DNA from: a virus
Taxonomy: Duplodnaviria > Caudoviricetes
DNA length: 39,057 nt
Reading direction: 5' to 3' (one strand)
Virus record (IMG/VR): IMGVR_UViG_3300026975_000004
Span: 1 to 39,057 of that record
Position numbers and translations under genes: made by a program. The notes under the pieces are model-generated. The model searched no databases, was not told the origin of the DNA, and was given only the letters and a program-made list of their open reading frames with translations. This document shows positions 35,236 through 39,057 of this stretch, piece by piece; the first letter of the stretch is position 1; each line of letters opens with the position of its first letter.

Positions 35236-35496
35236 ATGCAACAGCATTTTACCGGCGGTACCCATCATCACCATTACAACCTCACCCAGATGGAGCTTGA
35301 CCTGGAGACCAAGGAAACCTGCACCTTCCGCACGTATCCCAAACTGATCGCGCATATCGAAAAAAGGGCCAAAGCTGTGGGGGTGTCCAGGAGCAAGTTC
35401 ATCGAATCCGCCTTAATCAAGTTTTTTAAATCCGAATCGGCCATCAAAAAGTTTTATGCCGATCTGGATAACATCGTCACCGAAAATTTTTTATAG
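35236..35496 (+). CDS. Ribbon-helix-helix (CopG/Arc-like) protein in the cII position
   Basis: TCTFR...LIAHIEKRAKAVGVSRSKFIESAL; GGAGG RBS. Confidence 0.7.
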   Translation: MQQHFTGGTHHHHYNLTQMELDLETKETCTFRTYPKLIAHIEKRAKAVGVSRSKFIESALIKFFKSESAIKKFYADLDNIVTENFL

Positions 35497-35576
35497 GTCA
35501 ACGTGTACGATGGGTGCAAACGTGCACAAACGTAAGCGGTTGCGTGTACGTCAATAAAAACGGGAGGTTGCATATC

Positions 35577-35810
35577 ATGACCACGGCGCAGGATCTTTTC
35601 GACAAGGCCTTCGGCTACCCCCGCGACGCCCGCAGCGGCGCTTATCGGGCCGGTGTGCTGGATGCCATTCGTTATTGGATGGGCGAGCGCCTGCACCTGT
35701 CCGTGCCCTTTTCCATCGGCACGGCCGAGGCGGACGCCTGGTTCTACGGCACCGAAGAGGGTGCCCGCCTGGTGCGCAGCTACAACGCAGCCCGAAAGGA
35801 GGCCACGTGA
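35577..35810 (+). CDS. Hypothetical phage protein
   Basis: GGAGG RBS; RSGAYRAGV...PFSIGTAEADAWFYG. Confidence 0.7.
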   Translation: MTTAQDLFDKAFGYPRDARSGAYRAGVLDAIRYWMGERLHLSVPFSIGTAEADAWFYGTEEGARLVRSYNAARKEAT

Positions 35811-36058
35811 TGCAGAAGGTCTACTGCTTCAACGATTCCGGCGACGACTATATTGAAAAGGATTTGGTCAGCATCCTGATCGACAAGGGCTTCAGCCTCC
35901 ACTACAGCCGCGACGAGCACCGCACGAAAATCGTGGCGGTGAAGCCGGATGTTGAAACCTGGAGCGACGAGAAAGATGCGGATGCCTTTTTGAAGCGATG
36001 CGACGCCATCGCTAGCAAGATACATAGCGAAATTTTTGCCCGGACCGCCGACGAATAG
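35810..36058 (+). CDS. Hypothetical protein
   Basis: AGGAGG RBS, TGATG coupling. Confidence 0.65.
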   Translation: MQKVYCFNDSGDDYIEKDLVSILIDKGFSLHYSRDEHRTKIVAVKPDVETWSDEKDADAFLKRCDAIASKIHSEIFARTADE

Positions 36059-36305
36059 TGAAACCGAAGTGCAGGCCACCCTGCACGAGAATGGATAAGG
36101 CAATAACATTCACGCCCGCCCGGCCCCGGAGGAGAAACCCAAAAAGATTAGAGAGCGGGGCCGGGTCGGGCAAACCCATTTAGCGGAGAGGTGAACCGCA
36201 TGTCCGGCCGGTCGATATCAACCCAAACCACGACGAGGTGCAATCGTTCGCGACAAGAAATGGCCCATGACCGGCCGGGCATAACCACTTTGGGAGGAGG
36301 GCAGC

Positions 36306-36815
36306 ATGGCTAAAGAAGATCGTTTGGTGATCTACGAATACACCTGTGGCCACAAGGCCGGCAAACCGGTGCACACCAGCCGCATTGGCCGGGCCTGCCC
36401 GGTGTGCCGACAGGGGCGCATCAAGTGGATTTATAAGACCTGTGTGACCTGCGGGGCCATGATGTCGATGATGCCCGGCAGCAGTCAGCGTAAGTACTGC
36501 GACCGCTGCCAGCAGCGCCGGAACCGGGCCAACAGCTTTGTGAACAGTCGCAAGAAGCACTACACCCCCATGAGCCAGATCGACGTGGATGCTGTGCTGG
36601 AAGGCCGCGAAGAGCCCCACGCCGACCCCCTGGACATTGTTTTCGCCAAGTACGAGGCGGACCCGTTTTACCGTCCGCCGCGACCCAGTGAGCACCCGCC
36701 CGGCGCCGTGGCGGTAGTAACGGGCCCATCATGTTCCTCCTCCTGCAGTACCGCCGGGGCCCGGGGCGGCAATACCGGGCCAACCTCAACCCCCAAAAAG
36801 GAGAAAGCGGCATGA
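36306..36815 (+). CDS. Cys-rich zinc-finger protein
   Basis: CGH, CPVC, CVTC, CDRC; GGAGG RBS. Confidence 0.65.
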   Translation: MAKEDRLVIYEYTCGHKAGKPVHTSRIGRACPVCRQGRIKWIYKTCVTCGAMMSMMPGSSQRKYCDRCQQRRNRANSFVNSRKKHYTPMSQIDVDAVLEGREEPHADPLDIVFAKYEADPFYRPPRPSEHPPGAVAVVTGPSCSSSCSTAGARGGNTGPTSTPKKEKAA

Positions 36816-37051
36816 AAGCCAAAACAATCCATGACGCCATTAGCGGCGACATCGACAACCGTATCCGGCTGTGCCCCCATTGCTATCACGAGCAGGACCA
36901 GGACAAGGGCCGGGAATGCGAGTGGTGCGGCGGCGCCACAATGGTCTGCAACCACCAGATGGCCCTGGCCCTGAAGATCAACGCCGGGCATGAGGAGCGC
37001 ATGCGTCATGCAGAGCCCCTGCCGCACCTGCGAACACATCAACCGGTCTAA
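36812..37051 (+). CDS. Small zinc-ribbon protein
   Basis: CPHC...CEWCG; AAGGAG RBS, ATGA overlap. Confidence 0.6.
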   Translation: MKAKTIHDAISGDIDNRIRLCPHCYHEQDQDKGRECEWCGGATMVCNHQMALALKINAGHEERMRHAEPLPHLRTHQPV

Positions 37052-37520
37052 GAATCATCCGGACTGAATCAACTGCCCTGCCCGGCAGGCTGCCTGGGAC
37101 GGCACCGTGACACTGGAGGCCCCCGTGGAGAAAAGCGACAAACTGACCAAAGTCTGCACCGATCCTGACTGCCCCCACAAGGGCGAGCCCCAGCCGATCG
37201 AGCATTTCCGGCGGGCGCGGTATGGCCGCCTGGGGGTGTGCAATACCTGCATGAGCCGGCGGCAGTCGGTGGCCCAGAAATTATATCGGGAGAAGAAAGC
37301 CAAGGGGACGGTGAAGGAAAAACCCACGCCGCCTCCAGCCATGCCAGAAGCTCCGGCCGCACCGTCCAACGGTCACACCATCACCATCGATTTCAACGAA
37401 CGCCAGGACCTGCTGGCCAGCCTAAAGGAAAGGGCTGCCGGCCAGCTGCGCACCCCCGAAAATCAGGTGCTGTTCCTGGTGATGCAATTCTGTAACCAGC
37501 CGCCCGGAGTATGGGCGTAG
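37008..37520 (+). CDS. Cys-rich protein with in-frame TGA at codon 20 (candidate selenoprotein, otherwise nonsense pseudogene)
   Basis: MQSPCRTCEHINRSKNHPD*INCPARQAAWDGT runs in frame into the 37107-37520 ORF; GAGGAG RBS; hairpin 37074-37104. Confidence 0.65.
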
Positions 37521-37531
37521 CGGAGGCCGCC

Positions 37532-37810
37532 ATGCGCTGGATCGAAGTCAGGGACATCGAGGCGCCCACCCCGGAAGGCAACGTGCGCATGACCGTGGCC
37601 GCCACGGGAAAGCCCCTCACCCTCTCCATCGTCCAGATCAAGGCCCGGCGCGGCAACATCGTTTTTGTGGAAGACTGGCTGTACAAGAGATTGGCACCAT
37701 CATTGATACCCAACGGGAGGAATAACCATGGAACCCCGCATCGAGAAGATCGCAACCCTGTTTTGGGAGCTGGACATGCTGACCCCGGCCAGCGCCCGAC
37801 TGCTGGCTGA
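37532..37810 (+). CDS. Hypothetical protein
   Basis: GGAGG RBS before ATG 37532. Confidence 0.55.
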   Translation: MRWIEVRDIEAPTPEGNVRMTVAATGKPLTLSIVQIKARRGNIVFVEDWLYKRLAPSLIPNGRNNHGTPHREDRNPVLGAGHADPGQRPTAG

Positions 37811-37964
37811 CACCATAGACGGTGAGCCGCCGGCCATGGCCGATCTGGAGGACATCAGTCGCGATATTTCCGACACACCCAGTTTTTTCGGCGGTCCGGA
37901 GAAAAACCGGCTTCGCCATTGCCTCCATATGCAACGATCTCGCATGGACGCGATACCCAATTAG
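37728..37964 (+). CDS. Hypothetical protein
   Basis: GGGAGG RBS before ATG 37728. Confidence 0.55.
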   Translation: MEPRIEKIATLFWELDMLTPASARLLADTIDGEPPAMADLEDISRDISDTPSFFGGPEKNRLRHCLHMQRSRMDAIPN

Positions 37965-38040
37965 CGTCCCAAAACCCCGCCGCTGACGGCCTGAGAGGCT
38001 AAATATCAGCGGCGGCAATCCCTTCCACAGTAAGGGTTTT

Positions 38041-38310
38041 ATGACGACAGAAGACCTGATAGAACGCATCGACCGCCTGATGGACCTCAGCCAGCGCTGG
38101 CTGGACCTGGGCCAGGCCTGCGAATACGCCAAGATGGGACGCACTACCCTGCTGAAGGCCCTGAAACATGGCGACATCAAAGGCCGCCGGCGGGGCAAGG
38201 GCGGCTGGATCGTGGACCGGCGCAGCATCGATGCCTACAATGCCGGCACCGACATCGCCGGCAGCGACGAGAAGTTGTTCAACGATGTTGCAGGGCGGGC
38301 GGATCTATGA
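38041..38310 (+). CDS. xis: Excisionase-like HTH protein
   Basis: WLDLGQACEYAKMGRTTL...GDIKG...GWIVDRRSID; ATGA overlap with integrase. Confidence 0.8.
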   Translation: MTTEDLIERIDRLMDLSQRWLDLGQACEYAKMGRTTLLKALKHGDIKGRRRGKGGWIVDRRSIDAYNAGTDIAGSDEKLFNDVAGRADL

Positions 38311-39057
38311 TAATCGGCGAGACATTGAAACTTTTCCGGCGTAGCAACGGGATATGGTACGCCCGGCTCCCGAATGAAAAGCGCCTATCCCTGAAGACGC
38401 GGGACCGGGAGCAGGCCGAGCGCCTGTTCAGGAGACTTGCGCGCCAGATCCTGCGGGGCAATGTCATCGCCCTGGAGAAGCAGAACAGCTGTACGCTCAA
38501 AACCTTCGCCAAAGAGTACGACACCCACTGCACGGCCCACAAAAAAGAGTCCACCGCCGACCGCGACCGGTATTCCGTCAATAAGCTCAAAGACTATCTG
38601 GGCGGCAATACCCTGCTACGGCACATCACGGCCAAGCGCATCGATGACTTCCACACCGCCCTGATCCAGTCCGGCCTGCAGAAATCCGGCGTGGCCATTA
38701 CGGCGCGGCATTGCCGGGCAGCGTTCTCCCAGGCCGTGAAGTGGGAGTACATCAGGCGCAACCCCTACGCCGAAGCCCAGCCCATCAAACCGAAGAAAAA
38801 GCCGCCGCGGTTCTACAGCGTGGCCGAGCTGGGGAAGATTTTCAAGAAGATCAGCACGGACCAGGACTGGTGCGATCTGATCACCTGCTATCTCTACACC
38901 GGAGCCCGCCGCAGCGAATTGTGGGCGCTGACCCGCCGCGACGTGGATCTGGCCAACCGCATGCTGACCTTCCGGGAAAGCAAGACCGACTGGCGCACCG
39001 TGCCCATCGATGAGCCCGTGGTGTCTATCCTGGAGCGCCGCTGCAAGGCCGTGCGGG
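38307..39057 (+). CDS. int: Phage integrase (tyrosine recombinase), 3' truncated; not in ORF track
   Basis: Open frame MIIGETLKLFRRSNGIWY...SLKTRD...AFSQAVKWEYIRRNP...LYTGARRSEL...DVDL...ESKT to window end. Confidence 0.93.
   Translation, partial: MIIGETLKLFRRSNGIWYARLPNEKRLSLKTRDREQAERLFRRLARQILRGNVIALEKQNSCTLKTFAKEYDTHCTAHKKESTADRDRYSVNKLKDYLGGNTLLRHITAKRIDDFHTALIQSGLQKSGVAITARHCRAAFSQAVKWEYIRRNPYAEAQPIKPKKKPPRFYSVAELGKIFKKISTDQDWCDLITCYLYTGARRSELWALTRRDVDLANRMLTFRESKTDWRTVPIDEPVVSILERRCKAVR

Larger units (their letters stand above)
1..39057 (+). mobile_element. Temperate siphovirus-like prophage integrated at tRNA-Arg(CCT); right end (integrase C-terminus, attR) is outside the window
   Basis: tRNA 3' half at left edge, integrase at right edge, replication, lambda-like head, tail with tape measure and no sheath, lysis and cI/cro modules. 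Confidence 0.95.

Noticed and set aside
1-39057. CRISPR array or genome-wide stop-codon reassignment
   Set aside because: No repeat-spacer array seen; TGA, TAG and TAA all end well-supported genes, so the TGA at 37065 is a local case

Overview
The window is an almost complete (~39 kb) GC-rich temperate siphovirus-like prophage. It starts at the 3' half of a tRNA-Arg(CCT), the attachment site, and ends inside the integrase gene. Order on the + strand: att; DNA methyltransferase; lambda-like cos candidate; P4/D5-type helicase, ori-like repeats and Zn-finger/TOPRIM primase; radical SAM and small accessory genes; Nu1-like small terminase; GpA-like large terminase split by a 23-bp tandem duplication; gpW, lambda-type portal, S49 protease/scaffold, decoration and capsid; non-contractile tail with tape measure; five genes with signal peptides, including a tail fibre, around a second tyrosine recombinase; lysis genes. 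Next come the minus-strand immunity genes (TM-WYL protein, membrane Zn-ribbon protein, cI), then cro, early genes, xis and int. Main observations: (1) a probable phage selenoprotein gene missed by the ORF track, with an in-frame TGA at a Cys position (CxxC...UxxC) followed by a SECIS-like hairpin (37008-37520); (2) tail-fibre and adhesin-like genes that all carry Sec signal peptides; (3) a potentially reversible 23-bp duplication inactivating the terminase; (4) a lambda-like cosQ/cosN about 6 kb from terS; (5) a solo recombinase bounded by a 10-bp direct repeat. All family calls come from motif recognition by eye; no searches were run. A Desulfobacterota-like host is only a guess.
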